Part shown: positions 1 to 8,477 of the stretch, one piece after another
How positions within the stretch are numbered: position 1 is the stretch's first letter
How the letters are laid out: each line of letters begins with the position of its first letter
Origin: a virus
Direction: 5' to 3' (one strand)
DNA: 64,000 bases
IMG/VR virus record: IMGVR_UViG_3300003324_000465
Coordinates: 1 to 64,000 of that record
Translations under genes and position numbers: made by a program
The notes under the pieces: generated by a model
The model's database searches: none
Seen by the model: the letters and a program-made list of their open reading frames with translations, nothing else
Told to the model about the DNA's origin: nothing

Positions 1-45
1 CTTTGAACGTCGATAATGTGGGTTCGAGTCCTACAACGTCAACCA
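1..45 (+). tRNA. tRNA-Gln(TTG), 5' part outside the window
   Basis: CT-TTG-AA anticodon loop, T arm GTGGG-TTCGAGT-CCTAC, ends in ACCA. Confidence 0.85.
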
Positions 46-66
46 AGTAAACAAAAGGAGAATACT

Positions 67-213
67 GTGGTATTGGTATATTTATTAGTTTTTTTAGGTG
101 ATCAGGCGATTATAGATTATAATGGGTTTACTTTATCAGTAATAAGCAGTGATCTTAAATCCACGCCGTATAGATATTTTTATCTTATAGACAAAGAAAA
201 ACTCTATTTATAA
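67..213 (+). CDS. small hypothetical protein
   Basis: AGGAG RBS at 56-60 then GTG; the ORF-track start at 16 overlaps the tRNA. Confidence 0.45.
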   Translation: MVLVYLLVFLGDQAIIDYNGFTLSVISSDLKSTPYRYFYLIDKEKLYL

Positions 214-356
214 TGAGATTTAAAAAGGTATATCTGTATATTAGACGTATCGATGGTAAAAGTATAGTGATTTATCGCAATCATCGATATATAGTAGAAT
301 CAAAATATCTTATTCATATAGAAGCAGATGTTTATATTATACACTCAATGTGGCTT

Positions 357-400
357 TATGTGTGTTTATAATGATAAATATGTGTGTTTATAATGATAAA
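357..400. repeat. perfect 22-bp tandem duplication TATGTGTGTTTATAATGATAAA x2
   Basis: identical copies at 357-378 and 379-400. Confidence 0.9.
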
Positions 401-575
401 ATGGTATAAAAATCTATCTCCAGCAGAAAAAGAATGGTTACATTACGCTCTAATAATAGTTGTCATGGCTATATTACCTGTTCTCGGATTATTGCTTTGG
501 CGTGTGTATGATCGCTGGAATCATCCTGAATTTTACCTGTTATTTTTACCGAATCTTTACTTGACTTTCGCATAG
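384..575 (+). CDS. small membrane protein
   Basis: one hydrophobic TM segment (ALIIVVMAILPVLGLLLW); true start probably slightly downstream. Confidence 0.55.
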   Translation: MFIMIKWYKNLSPAEKEWLHYALIIVVMAILPVLGLLLWRVYDRWNHPEFYLLFLPNLYLTFA

Positions 576-589
576 GGGCATGGTATGAT
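561..589 (+). promoter_or_regulatory. sigma70-type promoter with extended -10
   Basis: TTGACT-17 bp-TATGAT with TGG before the -10. Confidence 0.75.
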
Positions 590-734
590 ACTCCTGTAAG
601 CAAGAGTAAACGAAAGGTACGCAGCAATCAAATACCGCTGTAAATACTAGCAAAAGTGAGGAAGCCATGTAAACACAATTATTTGAATAATCGGCGTGCA
701 GTATATTAAATAAATTATTAGAAAGGTTACTAAC

Positions 735-1034
735 ATGAGTAACGTTGTAGAGCTTGTAGAGCAAATTACTATACTGGTTTCACGATTTGGTATTAGCAAT
801 ATAGAAAACGCACTGGAATTTATCAAAAAATTAGAGGATAATGTTACGTATCGTTTGCATAACCCGGTTACTGGTGGTATTCACAATTTGACACAAAATC
901 AACATGATATGCTCGTAGCTACCTATGCAAATGGATATGGTAAAATATCAGCTATTAAGCTGTTATCAAAGTATACCGGATGTGGTCTTAGGGATGCTAA
1001 AGAAATGGTTGAAAAATATCTTCAGAATACATAG
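735..1034 (+). CDS. ribosomal protein bL12 (L7/L12) C-terminal-domain-like protein
   Basis: KISAIKLLSKYTGCGLRDAKEMVE matches the bL12 CTD signature KIxVIKxVRxxTGLGLKEAKxxVE. Confidence 0.75.
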   Translation: MSNVVELVEQITILVSRFGISNIENALEFIKKLEDNVTYRLHNPVTGGIHNLTQNQHDMLVATYANGYGKISAIKLLSKYTGCGLRDAKEMVEKYLQNT

Positions 1035-1109
1035 GCTTCGCTGATGTTAATGGCAGCATAAACGACTCTTAATCGTGTTGTATAGGTTCAAATCCTATGC
1101 GGAGTACCA
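1035..1109 (+). tRNA. tRNA-Lys(CTT)
   Basis: acceptor GCTTCGC/GCGGAGT, loop CT-CTT-AA, T arm ATAGG-TTCAAAT-CCTAT, ACCA. Confidence 0.9.
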
Positions 1110-1111
1110 CA

Positions 1112-1235
1112 AGAAGGTAAGTAAAGGATAATAAATTGCGCGCAACTATTATCATAGATAGACGTATCTGTAAAAGGAACATGGGAAGTAGCGGATAGGC
1201 GTCAAACGAAGCTATGTATACCGTACCTGCCTTCT
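1112..1235 (+). ncRNA. candidate structured ncRNA
   Basis: AGAAGGTAAGTA (1112-1123) pairs with TACCTGCCTTCT (1224-1235); internal TATCTGT/GCGGATA stem; no ORF. Confidence 0.4.
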
Positions 1236-1441
1236 AAACATGCGTTTACACTTTCGCTAAAAAAGGGAAACGGTTTCTACATGCTGATATATTATGTAAA
1301 GAATGTAGATTATTCATTATATAGAGTATACGCTGTAAAGCAAAACACTCACTAATGAACAATACGAATAACAATTGCTCAAAAGCGTTAAGTCGCATAC
1401 CTCATACGTAGCGGATTACTTAGAGATTGTTATTTATATAT

Positions 1442-1517
1442 GGGGCGATGACTGTAACGGTTAACAGACGAATCTTATATATTCGGCATCTAGGTTCGAG
1501 TCCTAGTCGCCCTACCA
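1442..1517 (+). tRNA. tRNA-Ile(TAT)
   Basis: acceptor GGGGCGA/TCGCCCT, anticodon arm CGAAT-CT TAT AT-ATTCG, T arm CTAGG-TTCGAGT-CCTAG, ACCA. Confidence 0.85.
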
Positions 1518-1524
1518 TAATTAA

Positions 1525-1611
1525 GCCCTTGTGATGAAACTAGGCAGTACATGACTCGCTTAAAACGAGTTGCCGTAAGGCGTGCAGGTTCGATTCCTGT
1601 CAAGGGCACCA
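1525..1611 (+). tRNA. tRNA-Leu(TAA)
   Basis: acceptor GCCCTTG/CAAGGGC, ACTCG-CT TAA AA-CGAGT, long variable arm, ACCA. Confidence 0.95.
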
Positions 1612-1613
1612 TT

Positions 1614-1780
1614 GATATATATAATTGCGTTCTGCATCTCATATTATGTTGCAAGTTAATGAGAAGGGAAAATAGCAGACTTGATACTAATAGTAGCGCT
1701 ACTATATCAAGTGTTGTAGAGACGTAACATGCTAAATGGTGATATTGTAGCAACCGATATTAGCCGCGCAATTATATATC
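1614..1780 (+). ncRNA. candidate structured ncRNA
   Basis: 13-bp closing helix 1617-1629/1767-1779; internal ACTTGATA/TATCAAGT stem enclosing a 16-bp palindrome at 1690-1705. Confidence 0.45.
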
Positions 1781-1802
1781 CTACAACTGGAAAGGATAAT
1801 TT

Positions 1803-2165
1803 ATGTTAGAAATGATTAGTATAGAAAAGGAAAGATTAGCAATTATGAAAGCAACATTACCAAATGGCGTAATCGTGGAAGGTACTACGGAACAGGTTCA
1901 TGCAGTAATGCGAACATTCGGAATGTTTGTAGAAGATGGTTTACATTACAATTCTTCCACAAAGGGTGTTATTCGTATAGCAGATATGAATGATCAACAC
2001 CTTAAGAATGCTATTCGTAAGCTTTATCAACAGGAAGCACAGAAGCTTGACTCAAAGCTTCCTAATTCTCAATTTGTTGCTGTTATTCGTAGAGGAGTAG
2101 GCGGAACAAACGTTACATTGTTAGGGCTTTTAAAAGAGCTTGCGAAGCGTACAGCACTGGAATAA
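1803..2165 (+). CDS. hypothetical protein
   Basis: GAAAGGA RBS; 120-aa ORF (alternative start at 1845). Confidence 0.75.
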   Translation: MLEMISIEKERLAIMKATLPNGVIVEGTTEQVHAVMRTFGMFVEDGLHYNSSTKGVIRIADMNDQHLKNAIRKLYQQEAQKLDSKLPNSQFVAVIRRGVGGTNVTLLGLLKELAKRTALE

Positions 2166-2169
2166 ATTA

Positions 2170-3240
2170 ATGTTAGATATTGTAATTAGCTTCGATACAA
2201 CCGGAAGCATGGGTCCTGCGATTGCTGAGGTACGACGTAAAGTAGACAGTTTCATAAATACGTTATTTGATCAAGTTGCTGATTTACACATGGCAATCGT
2301 GGCTCATGGAGACTATTGCGATTTTAACAAACCTTCTTCTTATTTAATGACATCTAATATAAATAAGCTTACAGATAATCGCCGCGAATTATCAAATTTT
2401 GTACGTACAGTTCCTAATACAAACGGCTGCGATAGTGATGAAGCTTACGAGTATGTGTTAGAACAAGTAGCTACGTTCAATTGGCGTGAATCAGCAAATA
2501 AGGTATTTATACTTATCGGAGATGCCGATCCACATGAAGTAGGTTATAACTATTCTCCATTCACTGTAAGAAGATCATGGCGTGATATTGTACATGATTT
2601 AATTGATAAGGGTATTAAAATATATCCTGTACAAGCGTTAAATAATGCAAAGACACAATTTTATAACATACTTCATAAAATGTCTGGTACTCCCCATTTA
2701 CGTCTTGCACAATTTAGCAACATTACACAATTACTGACAGCTATTACGTATAAACAGCAAGGCGATGACAAGCTTCAAATGTATGGGCAACAATTACAGG
2801 AGAATGGAGAGCTTGATCGTTCATTAGCATATGCGATGAATCTGCTGCTTAATGCAAAGTCTTTAATCGGCGGTATTGAGTTATCCGAGGATACAAGGGG
2901 ATTGAAAGCTGTACCGGCATGGAGGTTTCAAATGCTCCATGTAGACGTAGATACGCCCATTAAAGACTTTGTAAATAAAACTGGCGCGGTATTTAAGATT
3001 GGTAGAGGTTTTTACGAACTTACTAAATCCGAAACAGTGCAAGAAAATAAAGAAGTAGTATTGCGTGATAATAAAGGCGATATGTACACTGGTGATGTAG
3101 CAAGAGAAATGATTGGATTACCTTATGGTTCTCGTGGTACAGTCCGTCCAATGAGGGATTTAGGGTATACCGTATTCATACAGAGTACATCACCTAACCG
3201 TAAGCTTATTGGCGGTACTCGCTTTTTATACGAAGCATAA
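2170..3240 (+). CDS. von Willebrand factor A (vWA) domain protein
   Basis: MIDAS-type DTTGSM, GDYCD, EAYE, LIGDADPH motifs; ATG at 2170. Confidence 0.9.
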   Translation: MLDIVISFDTTGSMGPAIAEVRRKVDSFINTLFDQVADLHMAIVAHGDYCDFNKPSSYLMTSNINKLTDNRRELSNFVRTVPNTNGCDSDEAYEYVLEQVATFNWRESANKVFILIGDADPHEVGYNYSPFTVRRSWRDIVHDLIDKGIKIYPVQALNNAKTQFYNILHKMSGTPHLRLAQFSNITQLLTAITYKQQGDDKLQMYGQQLQENGELDRSLAYAMNLLLNAKSLIGGIELSEDTRGLKAVPAWRFQMLHVDVDTPIKDFVNKTGAVFKIGRGFYELTKSETVQENKEVVLRDNKGDMYTGDVAREMIGLPYGSRGTVRPMRDLGYTVFIQSTSPNRKLIGGTRFLYEA

Positions 3241-3246
3241 GTATAA

Positions 3247-3428
3247 CGCGGTAAAAAACAAGTCTGTATATTTCTGGAGAGCTTGACGCAAGCTGTAGCG
3301 TAGGAAGTAAGGCATAGAACTAGCCGTTACGAACGGAATCGATAGATGATCACTATCTATAGCTGTGCAAACCTATCTGATCGTATCTACCCTGAATACA
3401 GAATAAGGGAGAGGGATATACAGCCGCG
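3247..3428 (+). ncRNA. candidate multibranch structured ncRNA (~180 nt)
   Basis: CGCGG..CTGTATATTTCT pairs with AGGGATATACAG-CCGCG; hairpins AGCTTG-ACG-CAAGCT and CCGTT-ACG-AACGG; GCATAG/CTGTGC stem. Confidence 0.6.
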
Positions 3429-3442
3429 AATTATTTGAAAGT

Positions 3443-3658
3443 ATGTTTAAGATAGGCGATCGTGTAAAGATAAATCAAAAACATATTGACGACAATATAA
3501 AAGCCGCTATTCAAGGTTTAGAAGGTATAATTGTACAATTTCCTGATAATTATACTGGTGGCTTTGATTATGCAATACGCATACACAGGATGGTCTTTGG
3601 ATTAAATGAGGATGAGCTAGAATTGATAAAGGGGAATGAGCATGGCTTTTATGAATAA
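3443..3658 (+). CDS. small SH3/KOW-like hypothetical protein
   Basis: FKIGDRVKI N-terminus and EDELELI C-terminus, typical of small phage beta-barrel proteins. Confidence 0.65.
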   Translation: MFKIGDRVKINQKHIDDNIKAAIQGLEGIIVQFPDNYTGGFDYAIRIHRMVFGLNEDELELIKGNEHGFYE

Positions 3659-3911
3659 AGATGAGCAGTTAGTACGTAATCATGCTGAGAAACGTGCTTC
3701 TACTGCCGATGGAATTGATGCTTGTGTTGTTGTGTATTCAATCAAATACAACGATGAAGTATGGTATGTTGCGGATGGTATTGATCCTGATGACGATAGT
3801 GGACAGCTTTTTCCAGATAATGCAATACCTATTACTACATATGGAATATGCTCATATGTGGTAATAGGTGTACAGAATGATGAAGCTGGAATATTTGCAA
3901 GCCCATCGTAA
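3636..3911 (+). CDS. hypothetical protein
   Basis: AAAGGGG RBS, acidic 91-aa ORF. Confidence 0.6.
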   Translation: MSMAFMNKDEQLVRNHAEKRASTADGIDACVVVYSIKYNDEVWYVADGIDPDDDSGQLFPDNAIPITTYGICSYVVIGVQNDEAGIFASPS

Positions 3912-3919
3912 AAGATAAT

Positions 3920-4282
3920 ATGAACAAGCAAATAAAATCTCAGTGGGTTGAAGCATTGTTGAATGGTGAATATGAACAAGGTCATGGGAGATTAAGATCA
4001 GACGCTACGCATTTTTGTTGTCTTGGTGTATTATGTGATCTTTATGCTAAAACAAATGGTGTGCAATGGGATAAAAAGGCCGACATTTATTTCATTGATG
4101 ACGAAAGTAGCCTTCTTCCTGATGCTGTTGTTTGCTGGGCGGAGTTAACACAACATAATCCAGTAATAGAGGATATACCTTTAGCTTCGTTAAACGACGG
4201 CATTGATCATTTATATACTTACATACCAAGACCGAGTTTGTCATTTGATGAGATAGCTTTATTAATTAAAGAACATCTATAA
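3920..4282 (+). CDS. conserved phage hypothetical protein
   Basis: WVEALxxGEYEQGxGRL...FCCLGVLCDL...LNDG...SFDEIA pattern common in phages. Confidence 0.8.
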   Translation: MNKQIKSQWVEALLNGEYEQGHGRLRSDATHFCCLGVLCDLYAKTNGVQWDKKADIYFIDDESSLLPDAVVCWAELTQHNPVIEDIPLASLNDGIDHLYTYIPRPSLSFDEIALLIKEHL

Positions 4283-4312
4283 GAGCCAATGATATTGTCA
4301 TTGGCTATATAT

Positions 4313-4388
4313 GCCGCATTCATATAATGGATTATTATGTCGCCTTTGTAACGCGATCATTAGAGTTCGACTCTCTAATGCGGCTCCA
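4313..4388 (+). tRNA. tRNA-Thr(TGT)
   Basis: acceptor GCCGCAT/ATGCGGC, loop TT-TGT-AA with a C-C mismatch closing it, T arm TAGAG-TTCGACT-CTCTA, TCCA. Confidence 0.85.
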
Positions 4389-4471
4389 TATAAAGAAAGG
4401 GTACTATCATGGAAAAAGCAGAAGAAGAGGCTATTTTATTAACACAATTAAATGTGGAATAATTTTATAAT

Positions 4472-4546
4472 GCCCCATTAGTATAACAGACAGTGCAAAA
4501 GTCTTCTAAGCTTTTAGTAGGGGTGCAATTCCTCTATGGGGTGCCA
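4472..4546 (+). tRNA. tRNA-Arg(TCT)
   Basis: acceptor GCCCCAT/ATGGGGT, AAAGT-CT TCT AA-GCTTT, atypical T loop TGCAATT, GCCA. Confidence 0.8.
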
Positions 4547-4722
4547 ATAACAGACTAAAGAAAGGATAAGCATATGAGTTATGAGGAAAAACAAGCTATA
4601 TTTGATGCATTGCATTTTATATTTCATTATTTGCTTGAGCAATCGTCTTCTACCAATCTAAATGACTTTGTAGTAATATCAAGAGAATATGGCAATCTTG
4701 TTTCTGTAATAGGTGTGCCACA

Positions 4723-5157
4723 ATGAAACTGTATTTAATTTTTGATGGTGGGAATCATGCTTCTAAAGATAAAGAAGCCTATGGATCATTCATATATCAT
4801 GCATATAGTAAGGACGGCCCGGTTTTACAACGCGCACGAATTACTCATGGTATAGGATATACAAACAATGAAGCAGAATATTTAACATTGATTGCTGCGT
4901 TGAATTATATCATTGAACTATATGATGCTGTTAGTGATATACATCTTATGATAGAAGGTGATAGTGAGCTAATACGCAATCAAATAGGCATATATACAAA
5001 GACTCTTTGTGGTGATAATTCGTGGACGGGATGGAAAGTAAACGTTACACATTTATTGCCCTTACGTAATAAGGCCCGCGAATTATTTGAGAAATTCGCA
5101 TCGTTTAGATATAATCATATATCAAGAGAAGAAGTTATTACTGTTTTAGGTCATTGA
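4723..5157 (+). CDS. ribonuclease HI-like protein
   Basis: FDGG, TNNEAEY, GDSELI and HISRE RNase H motifs. Confidence 0.85.
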   Translation: MKLYLIFDGGNHASKDKEAYGSFIYHAYSKDGPVLQRARITHGIGYTNNEAEYLTLIAALNYIIELYDAVSDIHLMIEGDSELIRNQIGIYTKTLCGDNSWTGWKVNVTHLLPLRNKARELFEKFASFRYNHISREEVITVLGH

Positions 5158-5173
5158 TACGAAAGGATATTTT

Positions 5174-5425
5174 ATGTTACCATATCGATCGGATTTTAAT
5201 AATGTTAAACATTTTATAGAACATATGAAGGATATTATAAATTTAGAAAATAAACAAGAATTTGTATCAAATATGGATGAAGCTACTGTTGTACAATATA
5301 TAAAATCAATAGCTGCTTATGCTTTAATAGAGCAAGGTCTTGGTGAAGAACTTACAGATATACTATTTAATCCAATAAAAGTCAAAGATGTTAAAGAATT
5401 TGCATGCATTCTTATGAGTCGATAA
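5174..5425 (+). CDS. hypothetical protein
   Basis: GAAAGGA RBS, 83 aa. Confidence 0.6.
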   Translation: MLPYRSDFNNVKHFIEHMKDIINLENKQEFVSNMDEATVVQYIKSIAAYALIEQGLGEELTDILFNPIKVKDVKEFACILMSR

Positions 5426-5522
5426 GATATATTTATGTAGGAATATACAAAGCTTATTTCTAGTATAACAATAGATACATTTCTGCTAACAATGTACCAC
5501 ATCTATTTAGAAAGAATACTAT

Positions 5523-5714
5523 ATGACGGTACAAGAGCTAGTAGAATTATATCAAATTATAAAACGCATATATGTTGCGCGGGGTTATTCTTATATTGCA
5601 GCGGATACAAACGCTAGTATATTAACATATTCTATAAAGGTGGGATTAATAGATGTGCGCAGTATTATCAATAAAATGCTATTATATGCGCAAGAAATAG
5701 AAAGTGCATCATGA
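5523..5714 (+). CDS. hypothetical protein
   Basis: ORF with ATGA overlap into the next gene. Confidence 0.55.
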   Translation: MTVQELVELYQIIKRIYVARGYSYIAADTNASILTYSIKVGLIDVRSIINKMLLYAQEIESAS

Positions 5715-6373
5715 CAAATAATAAACCCAAAACGAATAGAAAAGCAGATAAAAATAAAGTATCTAAAATGGATGTCTGCCAAACCCCACCACATGCGCTA
5801 GAACCTTTATATCCTCATTTAGAGCGTAATGGATTTAGTATTATTTGGGAAAGTGCTGTAGGACCAGAGCAATTATTAGCTGATGCAATGAGAAATAAGG
5901 GTTATAATGTTTGGGGTACAGATTTACTTATGGGAGATAAATATAACCGTTTTACATATAGACCCCTAATAAATTACGATATAGAAATAACAAATGTACC
6001 ATTTAGTATTAAATATTACTGGCTTAATGTAGCATTTGACGATGGTAAACCATTTGCCTTTCTTGTGCCGTATGAAACAACATTCGCAAAAGAATTTCAA
6101 ATACTTTTTGAGGAATATAACAATAAACCCTGGCCTATTGAAGTGCTATCACCAGAGCGACGTATTAATTATAAAATGCCTGAAATGGGATGGGGTATTA
6201 CAGTATGGGATGAAGAAAAGCAGAAATATGTTAAACGTGGTGAGAGTGCCCAAATGCCTACTGCATGGCTTACATGGGGATTAAACGTATATAAAACGCG
6301 GGCGGATTATTTACGAACATATTATGTACCTATGCGTAAAGTAAAATATGCAAAGGATAATCAAGAGCTATGA
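5711..6373 (+). CDS. phage DNA adenine methyltransferase-like protein
   Basis: QTPP, IWESAVG (SAM-binding) and ITNVPFS (NPPF-like) motifs. Confidence 0.75.
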   Translation: MTNNKPKTNRKADKNKVSKMDVCQTPPHALEPLYPHLERNGFSIIWESAVGPEQLLADAMRNKGYNVWGTDLLMGDKYNRFTYRPLINYDIEITNVPFSIKYYWLNVAFDDGKPFAFLVPYETTFAKEFQILFEEYNNKPWPIEVLSPERRINYKMPEMGWGITVWDEEKQKYVKRGESAQMPTAWLTWGLNVYKTRADYLRTYYVPMRKVKYAKDNQEL

Positions 6374-6534
6374 GCAAATGGGAATATTTTATATGGGTTG
6401 AAGTAGATAAAGACAATATTGCCCATGAATTACACCTTTTAGGAGATTCAAAATGGGAATTAGTTTCATCGGTATATGATCCTAGATATGGTAAAATTGT
6501 ACATTATCTTAAACGTGAGGTTACTAATACTTAA
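6370..6534 (+). CDS. DUF4177-like small protein (not in ORF track)
   Basis: MSKWEY...LGDSKWELVS...YLKR; ATGA overlap with the upstream gene. Confidence 0.6.
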   Translation: MSKWEYFIWVEVDKDNIAHELHLLGDSKWELVSSVYDPRYGKIVHYLKREVTNT

Positions 6535-6536
6535 TT

Positions 6537-6785
6537 ATGTTACGTATAGTTACAAGTATAGGTGATTCTGTAGAATCAGCCGCTATGAATGTTTCTGAGT
6601 TATTCAATGCTATTGAAGGGGATAAACGCATTATTAGCATAGATACTGTCAATCCTCGTGTAGGATTGTGTGAAATTGTTATATGGTTTGAGAGTGTTGA
6701 CATTAGCAATGACTTACCTATGCAGCAACCGCCAAAACGACAATTTATTGGAATGCCTCGTGGTGCTGATCCAATGAATCCCTAG
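6537..6785 (+). CDS. hypothetical protein
   Basis: 82-aa ORF, GAGG RBS. Confidence 0.6.
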   Translation: MLRIVTSIGDSVESAAMNVSELFNAIEGDKRIISIDTVNPRVGLCEIVIWFESVDISNDLPMQQPPKRQFIGMPRGADPMNP

Positions 6786-6884
6786 AATGCCCTACAAGGC
6801 CCCTCAGTTGCCCTCAGACGCACGAAAGTATCAAAACCCTATCTGAGTAGGGAAATGATTTTTCGGAAGCTCTGAGGGCTTCCT
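6784..6884 (+). repeat. tripartite inverted-repeat element, copy 1
   Basis: AGAATGCCCTACAAGG + GTTGCCCTCAGA ... CTCTGAGGGCTTCCT. Confidence 0.7.
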
Positions 6885-6923
6885 ATTTTATTATATAATA
6901 AAAATAATAAGGAAAAAATATTC

Positions 6924-7298
6924 ATGGCAAGACATGATAAGTACCTAATAGATTATATAAAGCGTTTAAAGGAAGCAGCAGGAATAACTGCCCGCGATAA
7001 TATACAAACTGATTACGGATCATTCATGGAATATGGGTATATGCCAAAACAAAATATGAACAAACAAACCGTTAAACCCACTATGCGCGTGTTGTGTCAA
7101 GGATGTAAAAATAACGGCTATGCTTGTGCTCGCTGTCATGGTGAAGGATATATAGAGATACTTACGAGAGAATATACGGCTAAGACAGTACGTATGTATA
7201 AGTTTTGCCATAGCTGTGGAGATGAATTACCAGAGAATGCGTATTATTGTATCATGTGTGGTAAACAAATAAGGAATATATATATATATGAAAAGTAG
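6924..7298 (+). CDS. zinc-ribbon protein
   Basis: CQGC, CARCHGEG, CHSCG and CIMCG. Confidence 0.75.
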   Translation: MARHDKYLIDYIKRLKEAAGITARDNIQTDYGSFMEYGYMPKQNMNKQTVKPTMRVLCQGCKNNGYACARCHGEGYIEILTREYTAKTVRMYKFCHSCGDELPENAYYCIMCGKQIRNIYIYEK

Positions 7299-7563
7299 AC
7301 TGTATGGTTTTAAAGAAAATTGGCCCGATGGTGAAATATATCTTGTTAATGCAGATACATTAGACGAAGCTACAACATATTTTATTGCATATAAACAAGA
7401 GATAAATTCACATTTTGGTATAACAGAACATAAACTTATAAAAACAACGGTAGGAGCATATTTGCAAGCGTATTGTGGAAATGCAACACATGCTTTTTCA
7501 TATCTTGTTTGTACATATATAATGTCGCCAGGCGTACTTACAGAAATAGAAATATACGAATAA
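7288..7563 (+). CDS. hypothetical protein
   Basis: AAGGA RBS; LYxF...A.TLDEA family. Confidence 0.6.
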   Translation: MKSRLYGFKENWPDGEIYLVNADTLDEATTYFIAYKQEINSHFGITEHKLIKTTVGAYLQAYCGNATHAFSYLVCTYIMSPGVLTEIEIYE

Positions 7564-7594
7564 AGAAACGAATAATTGAAAGGATACACATGTT

Positions 7595-7843
7595 ATGGAC
7601 ATTTACACATTTACTGGGTTTTTTCCTAATGGAGATACAATACGTTATATTCATGCTCATAGCTTACATAACGCTATCGCTAACTTACAGCAATCAGAAC
7701 CATTTATATATAACACAGATATAGGCAACATTACTCCTATTGATTCGGGCAAATTTATAGTTGTATTGCAGGACGAAGGTAGAATAGTCACCTATACTGT
7801 TATATGGTATAAACGATATACATCGTTAGATGGTATAAGCTAA
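7595..7843 (+). CDS. hypothetical protein
   Basis: GAAAGGA RBS; IYTF...AHSLHNA family. Confidence 0.6.
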   Translation: MDIYTFTGFFPNGDTIRYIHAHSLHNAIANLQQSEPFIYNTDIGNITPIDSGKFIVVLQDEGRIVTYTVIWYKRYTSLDGIS

Positions 7844-7844
7844 A

Positions 7845-8477
7845 ATGAAAAAATACGATTTAATTGTAGCAGACAACCCATGGAAATACGATAATATGCA
7901 ACAAAATGATCCTAAACGTGGCGGTATTACATATCGTACATTAACAATGCAAGAATTATACGATATACCTTTATATAAAGCAGCTAAAGATGACAGTATT
8001 CTTGTATCGTGGGTTACATATCCTAAACTACTGGACTCTATATATGAATTTCCCAATCCATTAGCAATTATAAAGCAATGGGGGTTTCGTCCTGTTACTG
8101 CATTATTTATATGGATTAAGACAAATAAACGAGGGCAGCTTATAGAAGAAGATACGAATCTATTAGAATATGATGATTGGTATTCTGGTCTTGGGCGATA
8201 TAGTAATACAAATGCAGAAATGGCAATACTAGCACGTAGAGGTAAGGCATTACCAAGAATAGATAGAACAGTAAAACAGCATATATTTGCTCCTATAGGT
8301 GGTCACAGCGAAAAGCCACAAGAACAATATAGACGTTTATCAAGATTATTTGGTGATGATATTGATCGTCTTGAGATATTTGCGCGTAAACAGAATCCAC
8401 CTCCGAGCAATTGGGATGCTACTGGACTGGATTTTGACGGTATGGATATTAGAGAATGGATAAAACAATATGATTGA
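7845..8477 (+). CDS. MT-A70 family adenine methyltransferase
   Basis: YDLIVADNPW, YxTL, WGF, WIKTN, GLG, HSEKP and LEIFAR. Confidence 0.9.
   Translation: MKKYDLIVADNPWKYDNMQQNDPKRGGITYRTLTMQELYDIPLYKAAKDDSILVSWVTYPKLLDSIYEFPNPLAIIKQWGFRPVTALFIWIKTNKRGQLIEEDTNLLEYDDWYSGLGRYSNTNAEMAILARRGKALPRIDRTVKQHIFAPIGGHSEKPQEQYRRLSRLFGDDIDRLEIFARKQNPPPSNWDATGLDFDGMDIREWIKQYD

Noticed and set aside
600-680. Leader with GTAAA-CGAAAG-GTACGCA, reminiscent of a c-di-GMP-I riboswitch
   Set aside because: The P2 stem would be about 1 bp and no tetraloop receptor is evident; it needs cmscan
1165-1200. AGG...GGAAGTAGC resembling SRP RNA domain IV
   Set aside because: No paired stem around a GNRA tetraloop
1490-1753. 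- strand ORF over the tRNAs
   Set aside because: Antisense shadow of tRNA-Ile and tRNA-Leu
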